Positions 9,999-20,066 of a stretch of DNA of 41,545 bases are shown here, piece after piece. Below the pieces are notes generated by a model that was not told the origin of the DNA, did no database searches, and saw only the letters and a program-made list of their open reading frames with translations. The stretch's first letter is position 1. Every line of letters starts with the position of its first letter. The stretch is taken from sequence record SRR20825010_6051. One strand, written 5' to 3'. The position numbers and the translations under genes are program-made.

Positions 9999-11453
9999 AT
10001 GAATCCGATCACATTCCCGACTGAGCGTGGGCTCTTTTATGGCGGCCAATGGCATGCACCGCTGCAAGGCGACAGCCGTCGGTCGATCAGCCCCGCGACG
10101 GGTGAGGATTTTGGCGCGGTGGCGATTGGCGGTCCCGAAGATATGGACGCAGCAATTGCCGCGGCCCGCACGGCCTTTCCGGCTTGGCGTGACCTGACCC
10201 CGCGCGCGCGCGGATTGTATCTGCGTCAGGCCGCACAGGTGTTGCGGGACAACAAGACCGAGCTGGCGCGCCTTGATGCGGCGGAGTCGGGTAACCCGTT
10301 TGCCGCCATGCTCAAGGACGTCGATATCGCGGCGGACAGTCTGGATTACTTTGCTGGTCTTGCGGCCGAGACCAAGGGCGAGTCGATCCCGCTGGGGCCG
10401 GATGCCGTCAATTTCACGGTTCGCGAGCCGCTTGGGGTGGTGGGCCGCATTGTCGCCTTCAATCATCCGCTGATGTTTTTTGGCGCCAAGATGGGCGCTC
10501 CTCTGGCTGCCGGCAACACGGTGGTCATCAAACCGGCCGAGCAGGCGCCGCTTTCGTCGCTGCGTTTCATGGAGTTGATCGAGGGTCTCTTCCCGCCGGG
10601 GGTGGTGAATCTTGTCAATGGCGGCGTTGATGCCGGGCGTCATCTTGTCGGACATGCGGATGTGGCGATGGTTGGCCTGATCGGCTCGGTGCCGACAGGG
10701 CGTGCGGTGATGTCCACAGCCGCCCGGACCATCAAGCCGGTGATGCTTGAACTGGGTGGCAAAAACGCCCTGATTGCCTGCCCGGATGTCGAGATCGAGA
10801 CCGTGGCACGCGGCATCGTGGCGGGTATGAATTTTGCCTGGGGCGGGCAATCTTGCGGGTCAACCAGTCGGGCGTTGATCCATACCGATATCCACGATGC
10901 GGTACTGGACCGCGTGGCCGAACTGGTCGAGGCCTTTGTGCCCGGAGATCCCACCGACCCCGCGACCACCATGGGCGCGTTGATCAGTGCTGACCAGCGC
11001 GACCGGGTGCTGCACTATATCGCCACCGGCAAGGCCGAAGGGGCCCGGCTGGTGACCGGCGGGCAGGCGCTGGATGGACCTGTGCCCGGGCAGGGCAACT
11101 TTGTCGCTCCGACGATCTTTGCCGATGTCACACCACAGATGACCATCGCCCGGGAAGAGATTTTCGGCCCCGTCCTTTCAGTTATTCGCTGGCAGGACGA
11201 GGACGAGGTCATGCGCATCGCCAACGATGTCGAATATGGGCTGACCTGTTCGATCTGGACCCGTGATCTGGTGCGTGCGCATCGCCTTGCCCGCAAGGCC
11301 GAGGCGGGGTTCGTCTGGGTCAACAAGGCCGGGCCGCACTTTCTGGGCGCCCCATTCGGCGGCGTGAAGCAATCGGGGATCGGGCGCGAGGAATGCCTTG
11401 GCGAGCTGCTCGCGTTCACCCGCGAAAAGAACATTCACATCGCACTGGCCTGA
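9999..11453 (+). CDS. Aldehyde dehydrogenase, PhdK (2-carboxybenzaldehyde dehydrogenase)-like subfamily
   Basis: AFNHP, LELGGKNA, GMNFAWGGQSCGSTSR (catalytic Cys context recalled from PhdK), EEIFGPV, PFGGVKQSG. Confidence 0.85.
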   Translation: MNPITFPTERGLFYGGQWHAPLQGDSRRSISPATGEDFGAVAIGGPEDMDAAIAAARTAFPAWRDLTPRARGLYLRQAAQVLRDNKTELARLDAAESGNPFAAMLKDVDIAADSLDYFAGLAAETKGESIPLGPDAVNFTVREPLGVVGRIVAFNHPLMFFGAKMGAPLAAGNTVVIKPAEQAPLSSLRFMELIEGLFPPGVVNLVNGGVDAGRHLVGHADVAMVGLIGSVPTGRAVMSTAARTIKPVMLELGGKNALIACPDVEIETVARGIVAGMNFAWGGQSCGSTSRALIHTDIHDAVLDRVAELVEAFVPGDPTDPATTMGALISADQRDRVLHYIATGKAEGARLVTGGQALDGPVPGQGNFVAPTIFADVTPQMTIAREEIFGPVLSVIRWQDEDEVMRIANDVEYGLTCSIWTRDLVRAHRLARKAEAGFVWVNKAGPHFLGAPFGGVKQSGIGREECLGELLAFTREKNIHIALA

Positions 11454-11471
11454 ACGCGAAAAGGTAAGATC

Positions 11472-13049
11472 ATGCTTGAGGCGGATTATGTCATTGTAGG
11501 AGGCGGGGCGGCGGGGTGCGTGGTCGCGGCGCGCCTGTCCGAGGACCCCAAGGTCCGTGTTCTTCTGCTTGAGGCAGGACCACGCGACTGGCACCCCTGG
11601 ATCCATGTTCCAGCCGCCTGCCTGTTCCTGCAGCACGATGCCCGTTTCAACTGGCTGGATGCCAGTGAGCCGCAATCCACGCTCGATGGTCGCCGGGTGA
11701 AGATCCCGCAGGGCAAGATGCTGGGCGGCAGCGGTTCGCTCAACGGGATGCTGCATGTCCGCCCGCAGCCCGAGGACATTGCGGACTGGAACACCCGCGG
11801 TTGGGATTGGGAAACGCTGGAGCCAATCCTGGCCAAGGCGGAAAGCTATGCCCCGGGCGGTCCCGGACGTGGGCAGCAGGGGATACTGACGGTATCGGAT
11901 TTCTCCGATACCCACCCGCTGACCCGCGCCTTTATCGAGGCATGTACGACGGCGGGTATTCCCGCAAACCCGGACATGAACGGCCCGGTGCGCCGGGGCG
12001 CGTCGCCCTTTCAGCAGGCCCGAAAGGGGCGTTTTCGCAGTCAGACCGCCCAAAGCTATCTGCGCGCCGCCCGAAAACGGCCGAACCTTCAGGTGCAGAC
12101 CGGCGCTCAGGTGACCCGTATTGTCTTTGATGGACGCCGCGCTGTCGGGGTGCGGTTTCGTCGTGGCGGTACTGAACACGACGTCCGCGCCAGCCGTGAG
12201 GTGGTGCTTTGCGCCGGAGCCATGCGCTCACCGCAGCTGCTGCAGGTTTCGGGGATTGGCGATCCGGCACATCTTGCCAAGCTGGGGGTGCCGGTTGTCG
12301 CATCGTCACCGGCCGTTGGTCGGGACATGCGGGACCATTTCCTGCTGCGGGTGGCGCACCGGGTCGGCGGCATTGCCACCATCAATGAGCGCACGCGCGG
12401 GCTTTCGGTGGTTCGCGAGGTGCTCCGCTACGTCTTCAAGGGTGAGGGGATGCTGACCATGGGGGCAGGCGCTGCAGCGGCGATCCTGTCGCTTGACGGC
12501 GAGACGGCAACCCCGAACGTCCAGATCAGCTTTGCTCCGGGCAGTTTCTCCGGGCCGGGTACGCTGGAGCGCGAACCGGGCATGACCATCGGTGCCTGGC
12601 TGTCTCCGGGTGAGAGCCGCGGTACGGTGATGGCGGTCGATGCGGATACAGCGACGGCCCCGGCCATTGATCCGCGCTATCTGAGCGCAGAAAGCGACCG
12701 GCAGGGCATCGTTGCCTGTATACGACTGATCCGCAGCCTGTTCGAAGAGCCCGCATTGGCGCGCTGGTCGCGCGGCGAAACCCTGCCCGGCCCAGAGACA
12801 CCCGACGACGCCGAGGCGATCCTTGCCTTTGCCCGTGATCGCGGCGCGTCGGGATATCATTTCGCCGGCACCTGCCGGATGGGGGATGATGCGGCCTCGG
12901 TTGTGGATGGCGCATTGCGCGTTCGCGGGACCGAAGGCTTGCGCGTTGTGGATGCCTCTGTCATGCCGACGCCCCCCATCGGAAATGCCCATGCCACCGT
13001 GGTGATGCTTGCCGAGCGCGGTGCAAGTCTGATTGCGGCACGCAGCTGA
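11472..13049 (+). CDS. GMC family flavin oxidoreductase (choline dehydrogenase-like)
   Basis: DYVIVGGGAAG, GKMLGGSGSLNGM, SPQLLQVSGIG, YHFAGTCRMG, LRVVDASVMP...GNAHA. Confidence 0.92.
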   Translation: MLEADYVIVGGGAAGCVVAARLSEDPKVRVLLLEAGPRDWHPWIHVPAACLFLQHDARFNWLDASEPQSTLDGRRVKIPQGKMLGGSGSLNGMLHVRPQPEDIADWNTRGWDWETLEPILAKAESYAPGGPGRGQQGILTVSDFSDTHPLTRAFIEACTTAGIPANPDMNGPVRRGASPFQQARKGRFRSQTAQSYLRAARKRPNLQVQTGAQVTRIVFDGRRAVGVRFRRGGTEHDVRASREVVLCAGAMRSPQLLQVSGIGDPAHLAKLGVPVVASSPAVGRDMRDHFLLRVAHRVGGIATINERTRGLSVVREVLRYVFKGEGMLTMGAGAAAAILSLDGETATPNVQISFAPGSFSGPGTLEREPGMTIGAWLSPGESRGTVMAVDADTATAPAIDPRYLSAESDRQGIVACIRLIRSLFEEPALARWSRGETLPGPETPDDAEAILAFARDRGASGYHFAGTCRMGDDAASVVDGALRVRGTEGLRVVDASVMPTPPIGNAHATVVMLAERGASLIAARS

Positions 13050-13078
13050 CGCGCGTCCAAAGCAAAAGAGGAAAACAC

Positions 13079-13540
13079 ATGCCCCGTATCATGATACTTA
13101 ACGGACCCAATCTCGACATCATGGGTCGGCGCAAGAATGCGGCCTACAACGGAATATCGCTGGCCGATGTTGACACGATGGTACAGGACTGGGCCAAAGA
13201 GCATCAGGTCGAGGTGGATTTCCGTCAATCCAACCACGAAGGCGTGCTCGTGGACTGGATCCACGAGGCACTGGATGGTGTCGACGGTTTGATCATCAAT
13301 GCGACGGCGTTGACCCATACATCCCTGATGATCACAGATGCGCTTGCGGCGCTGGAATGTCCAACGATCGAGCTGCACTTTTCCAACGTTCATCGGGATC
13401 CGACGCGCGCAGACCGGCATGTTTCGGTCGTGCGCCGTGCCGTGACAGGCGTGATCGCGGGGTTCGGTCCGCGCGGCTATCTGGCGGCGCTGGATTTGCT
13501 GAACGACATGGCGGCGGAAGCTGCCCAGAAGGAGACATGA
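13079..13540 (+). CDS. aroQ: Type II 3-dehydroquinate dehydratase (divergent)
   Basis: ILNGPNL..MGRR...Y, QSNHEG, LTHTS, ELHFSNVH, GVIAGFG. Confidence 0.85.
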   Translation: MPRIMILNGPNLDIMGRRKNAAYNGISLADVDTMVQDWAKEHQVEVDFRQSNHEGVLVDWIHEALDGVDGLIINATALTHTSLMITDALAALECPTIELHFSNVHRDPTRADRHVSVVRRAVTGVIAGFGPRGYLAALDLLNDMAAEAAQKET

Positions 13541-13541
13541 G

Positions 13542-14339
13542 ATGAACGACACCGACAAGCCCGTCGCGGTGGTGACCGGCGGAGCCGGCGGCATCGGACA
13601 GATCATCTGCTCCACCCTCGCTCAGGAAGGCTGGCGTGTGGTTGTTGCCGATATCGACATCGACAAGGCCCGGACCGTGGCAGAGGCCTGCGGGGGGGTG
13701 GCGCAAGCGCTCGACATTCTTGATCCTGACAACGTCGAGGCCGCCGCCGAAACCATCGAACGCGAGGTCGGCCCGGTCCGCACCGTCGTACACTCGGCTG
13801 CAACCTTTCAGGCGCTGAAGCCTGCGGAAGAAACCGATATAGCCGATTGGGATCGCATCGTTGCGCTTGTGCATCGGGGCACCTATCTGGTCTCGGTTGC
13901 CTTTGCCAAACGCATGGCGGCGCGCGGGGGCGGGTCGTTTGTGGCCCTGTCGTCGTGGAACGGTGTGCGGTCTGCCCGGATGCTGGCCTATTGCTCGTCC
14001 AAGGCGGCGGTCAACCTTCTGGTCGAAGGCATGGCAATGGAATGGGGGCGCAGCGGCGTGCGTTTCAACGCTGTCTCGCCGGGTGTCGTGATGACCGAGC
14101 GCGTCGCGGAACGCATCAGAACCGGCGCGCGCTATACCACGAACCCGATCGAAATGACCGCGTTGGGCCGTCTCGTGACCTCGGAAGAAGTCGCCAATGC
14201 GGTTTCCTTTCTGGCATCTGACAAGGCCTCGGGCATCACGGGGGCCAATCTGCTGGTCGATACCGGCACGACGATCAGCCAGGCATGGAGCCTGTTTGGC
14301 GGCATTCCGGGGCCACGACCGCTGGATGATGCGACGTGA
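13542..14339 (+). CDS. Short-chain dehydrogenase/reductase (probably NAD-dependent)
   Basis: VTGGAGGIG, ADID, YCSSK, VRFNAVSPG, GITGANLLVD. Confidence 0.92.
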   Translation: MNDTDKPVAVVTGGAGGIGQIICSTLAQEGWRVVVADIDIDKARTVAEACGGVAQALDILDPDNVEAAAETIEREVGPVRTVVHSAATFQALKPAEETDIADWDRIVALVHRGTYLVSVAFAKRMAARGGGSFVALSSWNGVRSARMLAYCSSKAAVNLLVEGMAMEWGRSGVRFNAVSPGVVMTERVAERIRTGARYTTNPIEMTALGRLVTSEEVANAVSFLASDKASGITGANLLVDTGTTISQAWSLFGGIPGPRPLDDAT

Positions 14340-15139
14340 GCGCACTGGCCATGGCATACCTGACCCTTGGCGATCTCGATCCGTTCGAGATGGTCGAGGC
14401 GGCCGCGCGCGGCGGATTTGAGGCAACGGCACTGCGTCTGACCGGGCACAGTCCCGGTGATGACTGGGGGTTCGATCCGACAAGTGCCGCCGACATCCGC
14501 CGGATGGCGCGGCTGTCCCGTGACGCAGGGATCTCGTTGGTCAACATCTCGACCTATCGTTTCGTGCCGGGGGCTGCCCCGGCCGATTTTCGCCCGGTCA
14601 TCGACGCCTGCGCCGAGTTGGGCATCGGGATGATCACCGCCAATTCCTTTGCTGGTGAAGAGGCCGAGGTGACAGCCTTGATGGCGGAAATCGCGCGTGA
14701 TGCCGCGTCTCGGAACATACGCCTTGGCATCGAGTTTATTCCCGTCAGCCGGATCCGCACCGCCGCGGATGCCCTGCGGATCGCCCGGGCCACGGATGCG
14801 GGCAACGTCGGACTGGTGGTCGACGCACTTCACCTTTGGCGGTCGGGCGGTACGGTGGAGACGGTGCGCGGGCTTCCGGGTGATCGGATCTTTGCGCTGC
14901 AGCTTTGTGACGCCCCGCTGGCCGCGCCCGATGATCTTGCGGCCGAGATGCGGTCTGCGCGCCTGTTGCCGGGTGACGGCGAATTCGACCTCCGAGGATT
15001 GGTCGACGCGGTTCCCGCCGCCACCGAAATAGAGATAGAGGTGCCGAACGCCGATTATGATCGTCTGACGCCCGCAGCACGTGCGCGGTTGGTCCATGAT
15101 GCCGGAGAGGCCTTTCTTGCGCGGGCCCATGCGGATTGA
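14336..15139 (+). CDS. Xylose isomerase-like TIM-barrel protein (sugar phosphate isomerase/epimerase/dehydratase family)
   Basis: Metal-ligand motifs IEFIP, VDALH, QLCD, RLLPGDG, EIEVP; GTG start overlaps the SDR stop (GTGA). Confidence 0.82.
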   Translation: MSALAMAYLTLGDLDPFEMVEAAARGGFEATALRLTGHSPGDDWGFDPTSAADIRRMARLSRDAGISLVNISTYRFVPGAAPADFRPVIDACAELGIGMITANSFAGEEAEVTALMAEIARDAASRNIRLGIEFIPVSRIRTAADALRIARATDAGNVGLVVDALHLWRSGGTVETVRGLPGDRIFALQLCDAPLAAPDDLAAEMRSARLLPGDGEFDLRGLVDAVPAATEIEIEVPNADYDRLTPAARARLVHDAGEAFLARAHAD

Positions 15140-16059
15140 CCCCTCATTCCTCACTTTCGACCACTCCGCCGGACACTTGGCCGGGGTTGGCGATCACAGC
15201 GAAACTGGCCTCGGTGACGCTTTTTGTGATCGTCTCCTCCTTTGTCGCGGCACTCGACATGTTGCCGACGGGTCAGATCATCTTTTTTCGCTCGGCGTTG
15301 GCAATTCCGGTCATCGTGATCTGGATTGCGACAAGAGGGGGCTTTCCCGGGGCGCTGTATACCCGGCACCCTCTGGGGCATCTTTGGCGCGGCTTGATCG
15401 GGACCGGGGCGATGGCTTGCACGTTCATCGCGCTGGCACGGTTGCCGTTGGCCGAGGTGACCCTGCTTACTTATCTCGCGCCGATGCTTGTGGTGCTTCT
15501 GGCGGTCCCTGTCCTTGGCGAGCCATTGCGTGCCGGTGTCGCGATCGGGGTTCTGACGGGTTTTCTGGGGGTGCTTATTGCGCTGTCACCGCGGCTGGGC
15601 GGTCTCGGCGGTACGGATACCGCAACACTGATCGGGATTGCGGCGGGGTTTTTGGCGGCGTTCGGTGCGGCCGTGGTGCAGCTGCTGATCCGCATCATGG
15701 CGCGCACAGAGAACATTGCCGCCATCGTTTTCTGGTTTTCGGTCACCTCGATGATGGCGGGGTTATTGACCCTGCCTTGGGGCTGGGTCTGGCCGGACAG
15801 GGGACAGGCCATTCTGCTGATTGGCGCAGGCCTTTTGGGCGGGATGGCGCAGATGCTGATGACCACCGCGTATCGGCTTGCGAAGGCTTCGACCGTGTCG
15901 CCCTTCGATTACTGGGCGGTGGTGGTGGCCTTGATACTGGGGGCCGTGGTCTTCGGCGAGCGCCCGGCGCTGGCAACCCTGATCGGCGCTCTCATCGTGA
16001 TTTGCGCCGGCATAACCGTGCTGTTGCACGAAACCGGCCGGTGGCGGCGAAAAGAATGA
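15136..16059 (+). CDS. DMT/EamA family transporter
   Basis: About 10 hydrophobic segments; GQIIFFRS, LPLAEV, ASTVSPFDY, FGERP; overlaps upstream stop. Confidence 0.88.
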   Translation: MTPHSSLSTTPPDTWPGLAITAKLASVTLFVIVSSFVAALDMLPTGQIIFFRSALAIPVIVIWIATRGGFPGALYTRHPLGHLWRGLIGTGAMACTFIALARLPLAEVTLLTYLAPMLVVLLAVPVLGEPLRAGVAIGVLTGFLGVLIALSPRLGGLGGTDTATLIGIAAGFLAAFGAAVVQLLIRIMARTENIAAIVFWFSVTSMMAGLLTLPWGWVWPDRGQAILLIGAGLLGGMAQMLMTTAYRLAKASTVSPFDYWAVVVALILGAVVFGERPALATLIGALIVICAGITVLLHETGRWRRKE

Positions 16060-16072
16060 AGAGGAGACATTC

Positions 16073-16822
16073 ATGACGGAACACCCCAAGACAATGGGAC
16101 GTATCGATCCCGCCCGGATCACCGCGTTCGAAATTCCGCGCCCCGATCCGGCGCTGATCGCGGCGCTGAAGGCGGTTGAAGGGCCAACTGAACTGGTCTC
16201 GGACGCCTTGGATGATCTGGGTGTCGACGGTGTGGTGGGCAGTTCGATACTGAAACCCACCTTGTCCGGTCGCGTCGTCGTCGGGCCTGCACTGACAATT
16301 CGGAACGAGCCACTGGGCATTCCGGCGCATGAGGCGGCGCGGCGCATGGTGCCCAACCGCCAGACCGACTTTGAGGCCCACAATCTGACCCGTCCGGGCG
16401 ATATCCTTGTCATTCAAGGCGGTCGCGACGTGTCCAATATCGGCGGCATTTCGGCCACCATGGCCAAACGGCAGGGCGGGCTGGCCGCCATCGTCGACGG
16501 CGGCATTCGTGATCTGTCGACATCACGCAAGATAGATTACCCGCTGTGGTGCCGCGATGTCACCGCTCAGACCGGACGGTGGCGGCAGGAGACGGCCGAG
16601 ATCAACGGGGCCGTCAGCATCTGCGCACATCGCATCACGCCTGGTGACATCGTGGTGGCGGATGACAGCGGCGTCTGTTTCATCCCCTACGCCTTGTTGG
16701 CCGAGGTGGTGGAGCGCGTCCGCCGACGTGACGAAACTGATCGGGAATACATGGATTTTCTCGCTGGCAGCGAACCTTTGACCGCGTTCCCACGTCCGGA
16801 CCCGGCGCAGTTCCGCGAGTAA
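16073..16822 (+). CDS. RraA family protein (HMG/CHA aldolase, LigK-like fold)
   Basis: SDALD, GPALT, PGDILVI, VDGGIRD, PGDIVVADDSGV; GAGGAG RBS. Confidence 0.85.
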   Translation: MTEHPKTMGRIDPARITAFEIPRPDPALIAALKAVEGPTELVSDALDDLGVDGVVGSSILKPTLSGRVVVGPALTIRNEPLGIPAHEAARRMVPNRQTDFEAHNLTRPGDILVIQGGRDVSNIGGISATMAKRQGGLAAIVDGGIRDLSTSRKIDYPLWCRDVTAQTGRWRQETAEINGAVSICAHRITPGDIVVADDSGVCFIPYALLAEVVERVRRRDETDREYMDFLAGSEPLTAFPRPDPAQFRE

Positions 16823-16966
16823 ATCCAAGACATTCGACGCCAAGCATTCGCTTTGGGGTCGGATACACAAATCGTCTTGGATCCATTTTGCGATGGTTTC
16901 TAGGCTGAACAGGTGAAAGGACGGCACCCGACAGGAGACGGACCGTTCATGACAAGGGAGGACAAT

Positions 16967-17950
16967 ATGTCAATCACCACTTTCAAGCGACGCACGTTTC
17001 TAGCAGGCATGGCAGCGACGGGTGGCCTGCTGGCCGCGCCACATGTCGCGCGCGCGCAATCCTATGCCACCCGCCCGGTGCGGATCATTGTCCAGAATGC
17101 GGCCGGCGGTTCGAATGACACGCTCGCCCGTTTCGTCGCACCAACGATGGAAGAGTATCTCGGTCAGCCCGTGATCGTCGAAAACCGCCCCGGCGCTGCC
17201 GGCAACATTGGTTTTCACGCAGCCATGACCGCCAAGCCAGACGGCCACACTCTGCTGTGCTCGAGCGTGGCGATCCTTGCCGCGGCGCACACCAGTGACA
17301 ACCCTCCGGGCAACCCGGTCACGGATCTCGAGCATATCACCCAGCTTGCTGACGGGCCGTTCCGGTTTGCGATCAATCCGGACAACGGCATCTCGAACTT
17401 TGTCGAGTTCCTCGCACACATGCGTGCAAACCCCGGCTCTCTGCGCCACGGCACGCCTGGATTTGGCGGCAACATTCACCTGCTTGCCGAGATTTTCAAG
17501 AACCGTGCCGGGATCGATATGCCAGCGGTGCATTACAACGCGGTCGGAAACATCCTGACCGATCTGCTGGGCAACGAGATCCAAGTGGGCATCACGGGGC
17601 CGCATCATACCAAGCCGTATATCGAAAGCGGACAACTCGTTCCGCTGATGACCACGGGTCCACGCCCCGACCCCAACTTCCCCGAGATTCCGACTGCGGC
17701 CGACGTGGGCCTGCCCGACGTCCAGGACTTCCGCAACTGGTTCGGCCTGCATGCGCCTAAAAATACGCCACAGGACATCCTCGACCAGGTATATAACGCC
17801 GCGCAGGCCGCGCTGACCAATCCCGACGTCATCAAAGGGATCGAAGCGAACAACTTCGTGGTAAAGGACACCTCGCCAGCCGAGTTTGCCGCAGCCATGA
17901 AGAGCGAAGACGCGCTTTATGCAGAGGCAGCCGGACTCATTCAAGGCTGA
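16967..17950 (+). CDS. tctC: Tripartite tricarboxylate transporter substrate-binding protein (Bug/TctC) with Tat-like signal
   Basis: KRRTFL twin-arginine motif, RPVRIIV..AAGG.ND, GQPVIVENRPGAAG, WFGLHAP; GGGAGG RBS. Confidence 0.9.
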   Translation: MSITTFKRRTFLAGMAATGGLLAAPHVARAQSYATRPVRIIVQNAAGGSNDTLARFVAPTMEEYLGQPVIVENRPGAAGNIGFHAAMTAKPDGHTLLCSSVAILAAAHTSDNPPGNPVTDLEHITQLADGPFRFAINPDNGISNFVEFLAHMRANPGSLRHGTPGFGGNIHLLAEIFKNRAGIDMPAVHYNAVGNILTDLLGNEIQVGITGPHHTKPYIESGQLVPLMTTGPRPDPNFPEIPTAADVGLPDVQDFRNWFGLHAPKNTPQDILDQVYNAAQAALTNPDVIKGIEANNFVVKDTSPAEFAAAMKSEDALYAEAAGLIQG

Positions 17951-17957
17951 TCGCCCC

Positions 17958-17994
17958 GGCCCGGGGCTGACCGTATCGCGGTCTGCCCCGGGCC
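17958..17994 (+). other. GC-rich stem-loop between tctC and tctB (mRNA stabiliser/attenuator)
   Basis: GGCCCGGGGC-t-GACCG...CGGTC-t-GCCCCGGGCC inverted repeat without a U-tract. Confidence 0.55.
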
Positions 17995-18049
17995 AGTCAG
18001 TCAGACCTGCGCAGCGGGTCAGTACAGATGTGCGAACGAGGAGATTCAA

Positions 18050-18502
18050 GTGCGGAACCTAAATGTTCGGGATGTGCTGTCAGGTGTGTTTCTGCTGGGC
18101 CTCGGGTCCATATTGGCCATACACTTGGGAGCTTCGCTGAGCATGGGCTCGGCGCGCAACCTGGGCCCTGGCTTTTTCCCGTTCGTGACAGCCATCATAC
18201 TGGCGATTTGCGGGCTTGTCGTCTTGGTGGGCGGCCTCCGGAGGGCGGGTACAGACGGACCCGATATCGACTGGGTCGGCGCGTTTTTCATCTGCCTCGG
18301 CATCGTGTGCTTTGGCCTGCTGCTGCCGCGTGTCGGTTTGCTGCCGGCCCTGATGGTGCTTCTGCTCGTCTCGACGATTTTTGACCGTCGCTTCTCGATG
18401 GTACAGCGCGTGGTCTACACCATCGGCATGGTGGTCGTTGCCTGGTTGATCTTCGTCGTTGGCCTGCGCGTTACTGTCCCCCTTTACACCCTTCCCTGGT
18501 AG
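18050..18502 (+). CDS. tctB: Tripartite tricarboxylate transporter small membrane subunit
   Basis: GSARNLGPGFFP motif, 4-5 TM segments, located between tctC and tctA. Confidence 0.88.
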   Translation: MRNLNVRDVLSGVFLLGLGSILAIHLGASLSMGSARNLGPGFFPFVTAIILAICGLVVLVGGLRRAGTDGPDIDWVGAFFICLGIVCFGLLLPRVGLLPALMVLLLVSTIFDRRFSMVQRVVYTIGMVVVAWLIFVVGLRVTVPLYTLPW

Positions 18503-18506
18503 CCCC

Positions 18507-20033
18507 ATGCAATTTGATTTTCTGGACAACATCCTGTTGGGGTTCAACACGGCCGTAAGCCCCATGAACCTGCTATACTGCTTTTTCGGCGTCAGCGTCG
18601 GCATGGTTGTTGGCATCATTCCCGGCCTTGGTGCTTTGGCGGCGATGACGCTGCTGTTCCCGATCACCTTCTACCTTGATCCATTGGGCGCGTTGATCAT
18701 GATGTCGGGTATCTGGTACGGCACAACCTATGGCGGGTCGATCACCACCATTTTGCTGAACCTGCCCGGTGACCCCAAGAGCGCGGTCACCAGTCTTGAC
18801 GGGTACCCGATGACCAAGCAGGGGCGCGCGGGCGTCGCGCTTTTCATGACCTCCATTGCGTCTTTCGTTGGTGCAACCATCGGCATCCTGATCATGCTGA
18901 TCTTCTCTCCATTGATTACCGACGTCGCGATCCGTTTCAGCGCGCCCGAATATTTCGCCTTGATGATCCTCGGCCTGCTTGCCTCGGCTGTGATCGCCTC
19001 TGCGCCACTCATCAAAAGCGTGGCGATGGCGGTTCTGGGGGTGCTTGTCGGTCTGGTTGGGATGGATATCCACACCGGGGTTTCGCGGATGACCTTCGGA
19101 CAGATGGAGCTGATGGACGGGGTCAGCCTGGTCGCGATTGCGATGGGCCTTTTCGGGGTGACCGAAGTCCTCTCAAGCCTGCGCACGGACGCCGTGGCCA
19201 AACATGAACGACGCATCACGCTGCGCTCGATGCTGCCCACGCGTGAGGACATGCGCCGTTCCTGGGGGGCGATGGGACGTGGTGCCGGTGTCGGGTCGTT
19301 CTTCGGCATCCTGCCCGGTACGGGTCCGGCGGTTTCGGCCTTCATGGCCTACGCGATCGAGCGCCGCGTTTCACGCAGACCAAAGGAATTCGGAAACGGG
19401 GCCATCGAAGGTATCATGGGGCCTGAAACCGCGAACAACGCGGCGGATCAGACGGCCTTCATCCCCACGCTTCTGCTTGGGGTGCCCGGCACGGCCTCAA
19501 TGGCGTTGATGATTGGCATCATGATGATCCACGGGATCACGCCGGGGCCCGCGATCATGACCCAGAACTCCGAGCTTTTCTGGGGCTTGATCATGAGTTT
19601 CTGGATCGGCAACCTGATGCTGCTGATTTTGAATATCCCCTTCATCGGCCTTTGGGTCCGCATTCTCGATATTCCGTATCGCTACGTCTATCCTGCGATC
19701 GTGATGTTCGTCAGCATCGGGGCCTATTCGGTCAGCAACAGCATCTACGACGTCTGGATGGTGCTGATCTTCGGGATCCTGGGTTACGCAATGCGCATTA
19801 CCGGGTTTCCCGCAGCGCCGCTTTTGCTGGGGTATATTCTAGGTCCGATGATGGAAGAGAACCTGCGCCGCGCTTTGCAGCTTTCCGGTGGGGATTATAC
19901 GGTTCTCATAACGCGCCCAATCAGTGGCACGATCCTCGTACTGACGGCTGTGATGCTCGGCCTTGGGATTTGGTCCAGCTACCGCCTGCGCTGCAAGGAA
20001 CGTGCGGCGAACGATCTCGCGCTTGATCAGTGA
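18507..20033 (+). CDS. tctA: Tripartite tricarboxylate transporter large membrane subunit
   Basis: GIIPGLG, YGGSITTILLNLPG, DGYPMTKQGRAG, PETANNA, IPTLLLGVPG; start at MQFDF. Confidence 0.93.
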   Translation: MQFDFLDNILLGFNTAVSPMNLLYCFFGVSVGMVVGIIPGLGALAAMTLLFPITFYLDPLGALIMMSGIWYGTTYGGSITTILLNLPGDPKSAVTSLDGYPMTKQGRAGVALFMTSIASFVGATIGILIMLIFSPLITDVAIRFSAPEYFALMILGLLASAVIASAPLIKSVAMAVLGVLVGLVGMDIHTGVSRMTFGQMELMDGVSLVAIAMGLFGVTEVLSSLRTDAVAKHERRITLRSMLPTREDMRRSWGAMGRGAGVGSFFGILPGTGPAVSAFMAYAIERRVSRRPKEFGNGAIEGIMGPETANNAADQTAFIPTLLLGVPGTASMALMIGIMMIHGITPGPAIMTQNSELFWGLIMSFWIGNLMLLILNIPFIGLWVRILDIPYRYVYPAIVMFVSIGAYSVSNSIYDVWMVLIFGILGYAMRITGFPAAPLLLGYILGPMMEENLRRALQLSGGDYTVLITRPISGTILVLTAVMLGLGIWSSYRLRCKERAANDLALDQ

Positions 20034-20066
20034 TGAAGTCACGGCGGTAAACCGCGATGCATCCAA

